A stretch of 64,000 bases of DNA, from contig CAVRBU010000006.1 in the NCBI GenBank assembly GCA_963719315.1, positions 32,001 through 96,000 of the forward strand, in the 5' to 3' direction. Of this stretch, positions 11,341 to 20,179 are shown one piece after another (position 1 is the stretch's first letter; every line of letters begins with the position of its first letter). The notes beneath the pieces are model-generated. The model was given only the letters and a program-made list of their open reading frames with translations, was not told the origin of the DNA and made no database searches. A program made the translations under genes and the position numbers. Origin of the DNA: an uncultured Planctomycetota bacterium. Its GTDB lineage: Bacteria > Planctomycetota > Planctomycetia > Pirellulales > Lacipirellulaceae.

Positions 11341-12123
11341 TCAGGTCTGCGGGGCCGCCGGCTTCATATGCATCACCCAGTCATAATAGTCGCGCATTTT
11401 GAGTTGGCTGGCGGCTGCCTCGTCTAGAAAGACCATGGCCGAGGGGTGAAGCTGCAGCGCGCTGGCGGTGACCATCGACGTGACCGGCCCTTCGACCATT
11501 TGGGCCACGGCCTGTGCCTTATTCGCCCCATTGGCGAGCAGAAGCAGCGTCCGCGCTTCGAGGATCGTGCCGACCCCCATCGTGATGGCATAGATCGGAA
11601 CATCCTCCGCCCGATCGAAGAACCGGGCATTGTCTTCAATCGTCGGACGGGCCAATGTTTTCAACCGCGTTCGCGAGCTAAGCGAGCTGCCCGGTTCGTT
11701 GAAGGCGATGTGACCATCGGAACCGATGCCGAGGATTTGCAGATCGATGCCGCCGCATTCTTTGATTCGCTGCTCGTACCAGGGGCAAAACGATTTGTAA
11801 TTGCTCGTCGTGCCGCTGGGGATATAGATGTTGCCGGGTGAGATATTCACATGCCGGAAGAAATTCTCTTGCATGAAATGGTGGTAGCTCTGCGGATTGG
11901 TCGTCGGCAGGCCCACATATTCGTCGAGGTTGAATGTCGTCACCTGGGCGAAATCGAGTCGGCCCTCGCGGTGCAGGCGGACGAGCTCCTTGTATACACC
12001 GAGCGGCGTGGAGCCGGTTGCCATCCCCAGAACCGCGTTTGGCTTCGCGTTGAGCACTTCAGCGACGATCGCCGCCGCCGACTTGCTCATTTCCTCGTAG
12101 GTTGGCAATGCCACGACTTCCAT
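11341..12123 (-). CDS. nagB: Glucosamine-6-phosphate deaminase
   Basis: GMATGSTP, FNLDEYVG, GIGSDGHIAFNEPG. Confidence 0.95.
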   Translation of the reverse strand: MEVVALPTYEEMSKSAAAIVAEVLNAKPNAVLGMATGSTPLGVYKELVRLHREGRLDFAQVTTFNLDEYVGLPTTNPQSYHHFMQENFFRHVNISPGNIYIPSGTTSNYKSFCPWYEQRIKECGGIDLQILGIGSDGHIAFNEPGSSLSSRTRLKTLARPTIEDNARFFDRAEDVPIYAITMGVGTILEARTLLLLANGANKAQAVAQMVEGPVTSMVTASALQLHPSAMVFLDEAAASQLKMRDYYDWVMHMKPAAPQT

Positions 12124-12329
12124 CGATATCCCTTTCACGCGGAATAATTTTCGAGCAGCTACCGTATGTTCGCAATAAATCCGGCGTTCTGCCAGTGGCC
12201 GTCGCACGTAGGGAATTCTCGCGTGCACTGACATTTACCATATCCGGCCATCTGGGTTAGATTGCTGCAAAGTTAAGCGTGGACCACCAACAGATTTAGC
12301 CAAGTACATTCCATTCACCGGGAGCCATC

Positions 12330-12935
12330 ATGAAGCGCTTCATTTGTTTCAGCATCTTCGTTGCGATCGTATTAGGCGCCAGCGCGTTGCACGAACAGCT
12401 CTCTGCGCAGCAGTTGAGCGATGTGCCGACGGTCGCCGAAGGGCCGGCCGTAATTTCGCCGACGTATATCGCGATTCCGCCGCGCCAACAGGAAGTGATT
12501 ACGACCGCGCCCTCGCTCCAGCACGTTTGGGTTTCAGGCCAATGGGAGCGGACGCCGGCCAGTTGGACCTGGAGCGCCGGTCACTGGGTGCAACCGCCGT
12601 TCAGCAACGCGTACTGGGTGCCCGGATATTGGAAGCACCACAGTGGTCGATACGTTTGGCAGCCGGCGCATTGGGGGGTGGCGAATCAGGGCGTGATCGT
12701 GGCCAAGCCGGTGGCCGTGCCGCCGATCTATGCGGAGGTTCAACCCAAGGCCCCGGCAGGCGTCAGCAATCTTGTGTGGCAACCAGGGTATTGGGAATGG
12801 CGTGGCACGTGGGTGTGGGTGCCAGGCGAGTACATTCAGACAACGACGCCGAAGGCCGTTTGGGTTGCCGGCGCATGGGAGGCGACTGTGAATGGTAGTT
12901 GGCGTTGGAGCCCGGCGCATTGGGCCGTTGCTTAA
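12330..12935 (+). CDS. Secreted YXWGXW (WxxGxW) repeat protein
   Basis: Signal peptide; repeated WVxGxW motifs. Confidence 0.8.
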   Translation: MKRFICFSIFVAIVLGASALHEQLSAQQLSDVPTVAEGPAVISPTYIAIPPRQQEVITTAPSLQHVWVSGQWERTPASWTWSAGHWVQPPFSNAYWVPGYWKHHSGRYVWQPAHWGVANQGVIVAKPVAVPPIYAEVQPKAPAGVSNLVWQPGYWEWRGTWVWVPGEYIQTTTPKAVWVAGAWEATVNGSWRWSPAHWAVA

Positions 12936-13676
12936 GGCCCCACGTTCAATAGCTGTGTCCACGCGGTGAGTTTTGCGCGAAGGCTCCGCGCAATGGAAGT
13001 CGCAAGTCGTTGGGCGGCAAGGGAGTACGATTGTGCGCATGCGTGAAAATTTTTTTTCGCGTGCAAAACTCCTCCTTTTTGCGCGGCGATCAGGCAACCA
13101 ACCGCTGGAAATCCAGTGGCTTGGACGTGTGCGTGACGTGCAATAATAGGCGAGTTTGCTCTCTAAAATGCCGTTTTCTGGCAGGATTTAGCGGTTCGCC
13201 AGAGCGGTCGAGCCCCTAAAACGACGCGATTTTCGCAGCGTTTTGCGGTGTTCCGGCCCTTCGGCCAGCTTTGGGCAAAAAGGCGCGAGCGCGTCGGGAG
13301 ACCGCGCGCAACCTCTGGCTGATAGCTAACAGCTAATGGCTAACAGCTTCCTCTAAATTTTCAAGGAGCGAACGCCGTCGCAGTGCGGCGTGATGAGACT
13401 ATAGCATTTTCGTGGGGGCCGATCCACAATTATTTTTGGCCGCGCGGAGAAGACGTGCGGCGGCCGTTAGCGGTGTTTTTTGTGACCACAAATTGTGCGG
13501 ATGGCACGGATCAGGTTGCGAGGCTGAATCTTATCCGTGCGAGCGGTGTAATTCGAGGTTGACCAGGTGCTCGAATCTGACGAATGTTGGGGCGAACGCG
13601 GCCGGGGTAGCCATCGCAACCACAGCACGCGCCAGAATAAACGAACGAGGTCAGGATTTGATTAAATCGTTCTGAC

Positions 13677-14670
13677 CTGCTCAGTAGAAAACGTCTGAAT
13701 GCTAGCTAAACATCGGTGTGTGTTGGTTCGTATGACGGTGGATGAAGACGAGCAAGAGTCCGAAGCGCGTGTTGGTCGAGGCACTGGCCGTGGCCCAGGC
13801 TTCGCTGCCGCGGTACTCGCATCGGTTCAGCCCACGGGTCTTCACGCAGCATCAACTGTTTGCCTGTCTGGTGCTCAAGGATTTTTACAACCTGACCTAT
13901 CGGGGCACCGTTGGCCTGTTGGCGGACAGCGATTCGCTGTGCGAAGCGATCGGCCTGGAAAAGGTGCCCCACTTCACGACGCTGCAAAAGTCGGCCGATC
14001 GGTTGTTGGTGAAGAAGTCGTTTCAACGGCTGATCACGGCCACGGTCCAGCGGGCACGGAAGGCCAAGCTGCTCCGCCGCTCCGTGCGATTGGCAGCCAT
14101 CGACACCAGCGGCTTCGAAGCGCGGCACACCAGTCGCTACTATGCCTGGCGTCGAAAAAAGGTGGGAAAACACGGACGAACGTGCGCCGTCTCCTATCGC
14201 CGCTACCCCAAGCTGGGCGTGGTCTGCGACACGACGAGTCATTTCTGCCTGGCGGCCCGGGCTAGCCAGGGACCGCGGCCCGACTTCGGCGATTTCCGCC
14301 CGCTCGTCGTCGAAGCGCAGGCTCGCACCGGAGTGAAGGCGGTCGCGGCGGACGCCGGCTTCGACAGCGAAGCCAACCACGTGTTGGCCCGCGACGAACT
14401 GGGGATTCAGTCCCTGATCCCCGCCGAGCACGGCCGACCGCCGGCCGGGGAACCCGTGGGCCGCTATCGAAAGCAGATGAAACGTCATTTGCACGAAAGT
14501 CGTTATGGACAACGTTGGCAGGTGGAAACCGTCTACTCGATGATCAAACGTCTCTCGGGAGAAGTCGTCAACGCCCGCACCCACTGGCGCCGCTGCCGAC
14601 TCCTGCTCCTCAAAACACTCACTCACAACATCTCGATTCTCAGACAACACCTAGGTTTTCTACTGAGCAG
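13677..14670 (+). mobile_element. ~1-kb insertion sequence (IS5/IS4-like DDE)
   Basis: Perfect inverted repeat GACCTGCTCAGTAGAAAAC (13674-13692) / GTTTTCTACTGAGCAGGTC (14655-14673) around a transposase; no clear target duplication. Confidence 0.9.
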
Positions 14671-14938
14671 GTCGGACCCGTTTTACTCGCCGTTTTACTC
14701 GCGCAACGCAACTTACGAAAGGTCAAGAATCGCTCTATTGCTATGTTGGATGGATCACCCGCCAAAATCGCTGTGGAAACTCGACCGAACACCTTCGACC
14801 GATGCGCCACTTACATCGTGTGTGCTTCTGTGGGGCTGGCACTATTGTTGTTTAATGTACAGCCCACTCCTGGGTCGATTGCTCTCTTCGACAACGATCC
14901 CGACAACTTCCGTCATGGATGGCCATTCACTTACATGA
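13742..14938 (+). CDS. DDE transposase; ORF reads through the right inverted repeat, transposase-like sequence ends near 14660
   Basis: AIDTSG, ADAGFDSE, RWQVETVYSMIKR. Confidence 0.85.
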   Translation: MKTSKSPKRVLVEALAVAQASLPRYSHRFSPRVFTQHQLFACLVLKDFYNLTYRGTVGLLADSDSLCEAIGLEKVPHFTTLQKSADRLLVKKSFQRLITATVQRARKAKLLRRSVRLAAIDTSGFEARHTSRYYAWRRKKVGKHGRTCAVSYRRYPKLGVVCDTTSHFCLAARASQGPRPDFGDFRPLVVEAQARTGVKAVAADAGFDSEANHVLARDELGIQSLIPAEHGRPPAGEPVGRYRKQMKRHLHESRYGQRWQVETVYSMIKRLSGEVVNARTHWRRCRLLLLKTLTHNISILRQHLGFLLSRSDPFYSPFYSRNATYERSRIALLLCWMDHPPKSLWKLDRTPSTDAPLTSCVLLWGWHYCCLMYSPLLGRLLSSTTIPTTSVMDGHSLT

Positions 14939-15168
14939 ATCGGGACTCGGTGATTCCCAATGGGGATATGACGCCTGGCGTGCATTTGCCTTGGCCATTC
15001 TTTGACACTCCGCCTCAACTTCGGTTTGACCCCTTGTGGTTGACAGTTGATGTACTCGTGGCCGTAACATTGATTGCAATTGCAGCATTACCTAGGCTGC
15101 GCACGTTATTTCATTGGTTTTGTCTTATTTCTAGTTGTTGTGTTTATTTTGCAGCGCGTCTTATTTAA
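14743..15168 (+). CDS. Hypothetical membrane protein (first putative cassette)
   Basis: Hydrophobic segments, GWPF motif, lower GC; followed by a degenerate attC. Confidence 0.55.
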   Translation: MLDGSPAKIAVETRPNTFDRCATYIVCASVGLALLLFNVQPTPGSIALFDNDPDNFRHGWPFTYMNRDSVIPNGDMTPGVHLPWPFFDTPPQLRFDPLWLTVDVLVAVTLIAIAALPRLRTLFHWFCLISSCCVYFAARLI

Positions 15169-15204
15169 TTGAATTTCACCACTTACATTACTACCGCCCA
15201 CGTA

Positions 15205-15320
15205 CTGAATCGGAACCGGCCGCGAGTAACGCAGCCGGTTTGGCGTTTTGCTCTTCGCGGCGGTATACTGGCGCTACATCCCGCTCTCTTGAGGGCGGGC
15301 AACTGAAGCCGGTGGAGGGG
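15205..15320 (+). repeat. Degenerate attC-like site (long family)
   Basis: Shares GGTTTGGCG..TATACTG..GAGGGCGGGCAACTG with the site at 17375-17502; R boxes eroded. Confidence 0.55.
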
Positions 15321-15323
15321 CAT

Positions 15324-15542
15324 ATGTTCAAGAGGCGTCATGCATTGATCCCAAGCTGCATCCTGTTTGGTCCACTGTTCATTTCTCGCGTGGGCGGTTC
15401 GGCTGACGGCACGTTGGGCGTGGTGCTTTCCTGGTGGGGGGGCATCACTCTGACTTACGGACTTTACCTCATGTTCGATCTGCTTGCTCAGCAACAGGCA
15501 CTCATCGACAAACTTCGAGCCGACAGACAGCCGCCCGCCTAG
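15324..15542 (+). CDS. Small membrane protein cassette
   Basis: RBS GGAGGGG before ATG; stop TAG lies inside the next R'' box (GCCTAGC). Confidence 0.6.
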   Translation: MFKRRHALIPSCILFGPLFISRVGGSADGTLGVVLSWWGGITLTYGLYLMFDLLAQQQALIDKLRADRQPPA

Positions 15543-15637
15543 CAATTTGCCACAGTTGACCCGCCAGCAAAACGGTCAGTTTGGCGATTTTCCTCCACAG
15601 GGCTTACACAAGTTTCCCAACGAATCACAAGTTAGGA
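15537..15637 (+). repeat. Hybrid attC-like site
   Basis: GCCTAGC..CACAGTTGACCCGCC left arm of the long family; right end CGAATCACAAGTTAGGA. Confidence 0.65.
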
Positions 15638-15641
15638 GGGA

Positions 15642-15848
15642 GTGATGCGCATGTTGATGGGACCAATCCTATTCGCGATGGATGTGTCGCCTATCAATCG
15701 GATTACAGGCATTGTGCTTTGCTTGGTGCTGGTTCCAGGCATGCTCGTTGGCATCCTTCGTCCACGGTGGTGGTCCGTTCCATTGTCCGGGCTTGCCGCG
15801 CTCGCTTGGCTCTTTTGCGGCATCATCGGGCAGGGCATCGATTGCTGA
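15642..15848 (+). CDS. Small membrane protein cassette
   Basis: RBS AGGAGGG right after GTT; hydrophobic 68 aa; fills the space between two attC sites. Confidence 0.55.
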   Translation: MMRMLMGPILFAMDVSPINRITGIVLCLVLVPGMLVGILRPRWWSVPLSGLAALAWLFCGIIGQGIDC

Positions 15849-15858
15849 TCGTGCAACC

Positions 15859-15984
15859 CTGTAGTAATTCGCCACAGTTGACCCGCCCGCAAAACGGTCA
15901 GTTTGGCGTTTTTCCTCCACGTGGCGTATACTTCGTGCAATCCCGCCACTTGTTTCGGCGGGCAACCGAGCCTGGTCGTTAGGC
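15859..15984 (+). repeat. attC site (126 bp, eroded R'')
   Basis: CAGTTGACCCGCC..GGCGGGCAAC palindrome; R' GTTAGGC at 15978. Confidence 0.75.
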
Positions 15985-16001
15985 AGTCTTCTGTCGAAAA
16001 C

Positions 16002-16752
16002 ATGAGCTTTGAGCGCGCTCTATCGCTTGCTCGATACAATTGGCCGCTTTATGCCGTCAGTTGCTCATCCATTTTGATCGGATTCGCCGTTGCTTTTATC
16101 CCGTCCATCAGTGGGTCCGTTCGGATCGTCGCCATCGTCGTTGCAAGCGTTGCTGTCTGGTACACGATTGCTTCATTCTTTGCCTTTAACGCGATGTTTG
16201 ATCGATCGCAATTCCTATCCGGCAGCTGGCTAAAGGCCTGCGTTAAAAGCTCGCCGAAGTTTTGTTTGCAACTTAGTGTATGCCTGGAAGAAACTACTTT
16301 GCCAATTGATCGTGTTTTTCCCGAAGGCGAATGCATTACGCTCGACCTTTTCGATCGATCGGTGATGACTGAACCGGCGGTAATGCGCGCGAGAATCTAG
16401 GAAAGTCGATTCAACACAGATTGCTAGTCCGGATTCACTTCCGCTACGGGACGAATACTGCGATTTAACTGTGATAACTCTTGCTGCCCACGAGGTTCGT
16501 GAGCACAACCTGCGGGAATTGTTGTTTCGTGAGCTGAATCGTGTCACCAAGCTCAACGGACGGGTAGTTGTCGTCGAGCATCTCCGTAATCCCGCAGCCT
16601 TTTTCGCATTCGGCCCAGGACTTTTCCACTTCTTTCCGCGGGGTGAATGGATGCGGCTAGCGGAAACGGCTCGCCTCGATTTGGAATCAGAATTCAATAT
16701 CACGCCATTTATTCATGTGTTTGTCTTCGGCCTAACAAATCGCTGCAGTTAA
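16002..16752 (+). CDS. Class I SAM-dependent methyltransferase-like cassette, frameshift near 16386
   Basis: ORFs 15903-16400 and 16471-16752 join; LPLRDEYCD..AAHEVR..ELNRVTKLNGRVVVVEH; ends LTNRCS* inside the attC, as is typical of cassettes. Confidence 0.75.
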
Positions 16753-16855
16753 CCCGCCGGTCGTTCGGGCGGTTTGGCGTTTTGCTTACGGCGGGTTTAT
16801 GGTGCGTGCAATCCCGCCACTTGCTTCGGCGGGCAACGGAGCTTTTTCGTTAGGC
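16730..16855 (+). repeat. attC site (126 bp)
   Basis: R'' GCCTAAC and R' GTTAGGC exactly complementary; internal GTTAACCCGCCG / CGGCGGGCAAC. Confidence 0.9.
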
Positions 16856-16898
16856 GGTGTGAGCGTATGCAATTCATTCGGCATGGGGGGGCAGCAAT

Positions 16899-17339
16899 AT
16901 GTCACGTAGTGGAACTTTCATTCCTCCCTTCCCTCAGAAACCCGCTGTTTCGGAGGGCGCTTACGACGCATCAAGAGAAAGGCTGCGGCGAACGGCAAAA
17001 TATCAGCGGTGGGTGCTTTTGGCGTTGCTTGCCAATATTCTCATCTTCGTCGTTGTGATGGCAAACTTGATTGAACTCGCCACGATCCCATCAGCAGTTC
17101 TAAGAATTCTCGGTATCGTGCGCCTTCCGATTTGTGGATTCATGACTTTGGCGATCGTCCTATTGGCCAAGCAGTTTTGGAACATCGCAATAGTCGTGAT
17201 TTGCGGTCTACTGATGTGGGTTCCCATTCCCGGGCCTTCGCTAATCATGCTGCTGATTGTCAATGCAAAGGCCACGAGATTCCTACAGCAGTATGGGATA
17301 AAGGTGGGTCTCTTGGGCGTTAACCCTAAGAGCATTTAG
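16899..17339 (+). CDS. Hypothetical membrane protein cassette
   Basis: Multi-TM ORF between GTTAGGC and GCCTAAC. Confidence 0.7.
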   Translation: MSRSGTFIPPFPQKPAVSEGAYDASRERLRRTAKYQRWVLLALLANILIFVVVMANLIELATIPSAVLRILGIVRLPICGFMTLAIVLLAKQFWNIAIVVICGLLMWVPIPGPSLIMLLIVNAKATRFLQQYGIKVGLLGVNPKSI

Positions 17340-17374
17340 TTCCAACTGGCGCGAGTCAACCTGCTGGCTAGCGG

Positions 17375-17502
17375 GCCTAACAAGGCGCATCCAGTTGCCC
17401 CGCCGATTGTTCGGGCGGTTTGGCGGTTTGCTTGTGCAGCGTTTATACTGCGTGCAAACCGCTTTCATTTCGAGGGCGGGCAACTGTGCGTGGTCGTTAA
17501 GC
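17375..17502 (+). repeat. attC site (128 bp)
   Basis: R'' GCCTAAC, R' GTTAAGC; CAGTTGCCCCGCC / GGCGGGCAACTG with one extrahelical base. Confidence 0.9.
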
Positions 17503-17507
17503 CGTGT

Positions 17508-17556
17508 GCATAACACCTGCTTTTCAACTTACTTTGCGTCGAATCACAAGTTATTT
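17508..17556 (+). repeat. 49-bp mini attC/attI-like site
   Basis: GCATAAC..CGAATCACAA-GTTATTT; its GTTATTTCGC is complementary to GCGAAATAAC at the end of the downstream cassette. Confidence 0.6.
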
Positions 17557-17577
17557 CGCAAAGCCCGCTGAGTTCAA

Positions 17578-18600
17578 ATGTTCTCTACCGTCGTCTTTGT
17601 CGCCATCTTCGTCGGACTGCTAATCACGTCGGTCGCCTTATGGGCGTTGTTTCTTCGGCTCGGACTGCGTTGGGCGAAAGTGCCGAATGTGACGATGCGC
17701 CGCGTTGCTGTCGCAACCACTATCGCAGCCGTCCTGCATATCGGCCTTAACGTCTTGTTTCTCTTTGCCTCGCCGACTTCGGATGCGCAATCCTTCGTTC
17801 TCAACGTCGTTGAATTTGCTTCCTCTGTGCTGGTCTCTTGCGTCGTAATAAGTACCGTTTTCAAAGCTCGGTTCTTGCGGTCACTTCAAGCGTGGCTTCC
17901 AACATTACTCGCGCCCGTCACGACGATCGCATTTGCTCTGCTCGTGCTGCGCCCGCTTCTTTACGAAGCGTTCGTCGTCCCAACGAATGGAATGGCTCCG
18001 ACGTTGGTCGGAGAACATTGGCAGGGCACCTGCCCGGTATGTGGCCAGAAATCTTACTGTTCACCAAGAGACGAACGATACCCGACATTCGGCCCATCGC
18101 GGATGATTTGTGACAATTTCCACGTTACAGAAACATCGGATGTCGACAAGACCGTTCACTCCGGCGACCGCTTGATGTGCGCAAAGTTCCTGACTCCACG
18201 AAGGTGGGATCTCATAGTCTTTAAATCGCCGGAAGACCCTACAGTATTGTACGTCAAGCGTGTTGTTGGTTTTCCCGGCGAAAAGATCCAGATCCGAGAC
18301 GGCTCCGTGTGGGTTGATGGCAAAAAGCAAACACCGCCCGATTCACTTCGTGGCATTGAATACTTGTCTGAACTTCCGGGTTGGTCCGGGCCAGACTTAT
18401 GGGGTTCGGCAAATCGCCCCGCATTGCTTGCCAATGACGAATACTTCGTACTTGGCGATTTCTCCGCACAATCAAGTGATTCGCGATTGTGGAAGCAGGG
18501 TGCTCCTGGGCACAATCCGTACGCAGTTCCAGAATCTTACCTGATAGGTGTTGTTATTCACACCTACTGGCCGCTTCATCGTTGGCGCATCCATCGTTGA
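17578..18600 (+). CDS. lepB: Signal peptidase I cassette with N-terminal TM region and CxxC insertion
   Basis: PTNGMAPTL, YVKRVVG, GD..SSDSR boxes; the catalytic Ser box is atypical (TNGM). Confidence 0.8.
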   Translation: MFSTVVFVAIFVGLLITSVALWALFLRLGLRWAKVPNVTMRRVAVATTIAAVLHIGLNVLFLFASPTSDAQSFVLNVVEFASSVLVSCVVISTVFKARFLRSLQAWLPTLLAPVTTIAFALLVLRPLLYEAFVVPTNGMAPTLVGEHWQGTCPVCGQKSYCSPRDERYPTFGPSRMICDNFHVTETSDVDKTVHSGDRLMCAKFLTPRRWDLIVFKSPEDPTVLYVKRVVGFPGEKIQIRDGSVWVDGKKQTPPDSLRGIEYLSELPGWSGPDLWGSANRPALLANDEYFVLGDFSAQSSDSRLWKQGAPGHNPYAVPESYLIGVVIHTYWPLHRWRIHR

Positions 18601-18622
18601 CATCGGCCGCGAACCCAAGAAC

Positions 18623-18650
18623 GCGAAATAACAAATCGGTGAACCGGAGT
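18623..18650 (+). repeat. Left arm of a truncated attC
   Basis: GCGAAATAAC-AAATCGGTGAACCGGAG matches the left arm of the site at 19058. Confidence 0.65.
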
Positions 18651-18712
18651 TAGCTCGCCTTTCGATGTTTCAACGTCGATTTCTTCGTTTACAATTCCTG
18701 TCCCGCGCCTGC

Positions 18713-18888
18713 GGTCATAGGCCCGCCGTTTACGGCGGGTCAATGAGGTCCCGAAAGACGATGGGGAGCCCCATTCATGGGGCTTCTCGCTTTACGGCTG
18801 AAGCCATCGCCACGAGAAGCCCTGTTAACAGTGCTTGGTGCTGCTCGGTTGGTCCCACCAACCCGTCGTCAACGACGGGCCTAAGACC
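18713..18888. repeat. REP/REPIN-like hairpin cluster
   Basis: GGTCATAGGCCCGCCGTTTACGGCGGGT / ACCCGTCGTCAACGACGGGCCTAAGACC; internal AGCCCCATTCATGGGGCT. Confidence 0.75.
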
Positions 18889-19057
18889 ACCTTCGATGGA
18901 AAGAGCCGTGAACGGCTCTGCAATCCGTCAAACTGTTACAATACAATGTCCGCTTTAGCGGTCCCTGTTCCGGTTGACCCGCGTCAGGCCGCGATTGAAA
19001 AAGAGTTCTGACCGGATCTGACCCCTGGTTCTCCGTTTAGGTTGAACCCGCTCCAGC

Positions 19058-19148
19058 GGATAACAATGCCGTGAACCGGAGCGGTGAGGTAGGGCGTTTT
19101 GTTAATGGAAACTCAAACGTCGCCGCCCGGTTAGGGCTGGCGTTAGGA
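19058..19148 (+). repeat. attC site (91 bp, second family)
   Basis: GGATAAC..GCCGTGAACCGGAGCGG..CCGCCCGGTTAGGGC..GTTAGGA. Confidence 0.85.
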
Positions 19149-19272
19149 CTAGAAGCAGTTTCAAAACCCTGTCCAGAGAACCGGACGCTAGCGCGTTCCG
19201 GCTAATTGAATCAGCCGCAGGGCGCTGGCCCTCGGTTTTGAAACGGCTTCTAGCAAATGCGGGGTGATTGCC

Positions 19273-19836
19273 ATGCGAAAACTTCACGCGCTATTAGTGT
19301 TAATCGGCCCTTTTATCCTGTTCGTCATCACTTCCGCCGTGCCTGCTCAAAAGCCCGATGCGGCAGTATTCCTGGGTTCACCTCCACCGAAGCAGTTGAA
19401 GGTTCTTGAGCCTTTGATCGGCCAATGGACAATCGAGGCGACAATTAAGCCCAGCCTTGCAGTCAAGGAGGGTTACTCTTCCAAGGGCGAGGCCGCGTGC
19501 CGATGGATCCACAACGGCCACTATCTTCATATGGGAGGATTCGCCAACGCGCCGTCCGGCCGTTTCGAATGGACGGAGATCATCACCTACGACCAGCGCT
19601 CCAGACAGTTCCGTCGCTTCGTGTTCAGCACGGAGGGCATTGTGGCCGAATCCATCGGCCAGTGGGATGACAAGACGCAGACGATGACGTGGACGGTGGT
19701 ACGCCTGCCGCAAAACTGGTTGGGTAAAGCGACGACGCGTTTCGACAAGGGCAAAGTGGACTTTACGCTGTTCGCGAAGAACGATCGCGGAGAGACGACA
19801 CGGGAATCGTCGATGATAATGCAGCGAAAAAAGTAA
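19273..19836 (+). CDS. Secreted DUF1579-like protein cassette
   Basis: Signal peptide; LEPLIGQW, ITYD..FRRFVF, GQWD..TMTW. Confidence 0.7.
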   Translation: MRKLHALLVLIGPFILFVITSAVPAQKPDAAVFLGSPPPKQLKVLEPLIGQWTIEATIKPSLAVKEGYSSKGEAACRWIHNGHYLHMGGFANAPSGRFEWTEIITYDQRSRQFRRFVFSTEGIVAESIGQWDDKTQTMTWTVVRLPQNWLGKATTRFDKGKVDFTLFAKNDRGETTRESSMIMQRKK

Positions 19837-19860
19837 GTGCGGCCGATCGAAGCGCAGCCG

Positions 19861-19987
19861 GCATAAGAGGACGCTGAGTTGACCCGCCAGCTTAGCTGGC
19901 GGTTTGGCGTTTTCGCCGCAGTTGGCCGCGACCACCGGTCGCGGCTTTGTGGTAAAATTGGCGGGCAACTGGGCACTATTGTTAGGC
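19861..19987 (+). repeat. attC site (127 bp)
   Basis: GCATAAG..AGTTGACCCGCCA / TGGCGGGCAACT..GTTAGGC. Confidence 0.8.
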
Positions 19988-20179
19988 GGCGGCAAACGCT
20001 CATTCGGCGGCTGTTCGCCCTTGCCACCAGACCGATGACAGGGGCCACCCGCTCCGCAGGCCGCTGTCAAAGCTCGCCGCGAATATCTTAGTTCCCCTCC
20101 GAGCAGGAAAGTCTTCGTGGACTGTGGACCAGCACTTACCCACTTCGGCGCAACCTCCTGATGTCGTGAACGATTACTA

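Noticed and set aside
13706..14650. Long antisense ORFs (this one, also 5043-6245, 21473-22771, 44589-45959, 62552-63781)
   Set aside because: They are shadows of real genes in high-GC DNA and carry no motifs.
12940..14700. Integron integrase or attI upstream of the cassettes
   Set aside because: No ORF with tyrosine-recombinase R..HxxR..Y motifs; only an IS and non-coding DNA are present.
15200..20000. CRISPR array
   Set aside because: Repeats are 50-130 bp, divergent and separated by whole genes; no cas genes. They fit attC sites.
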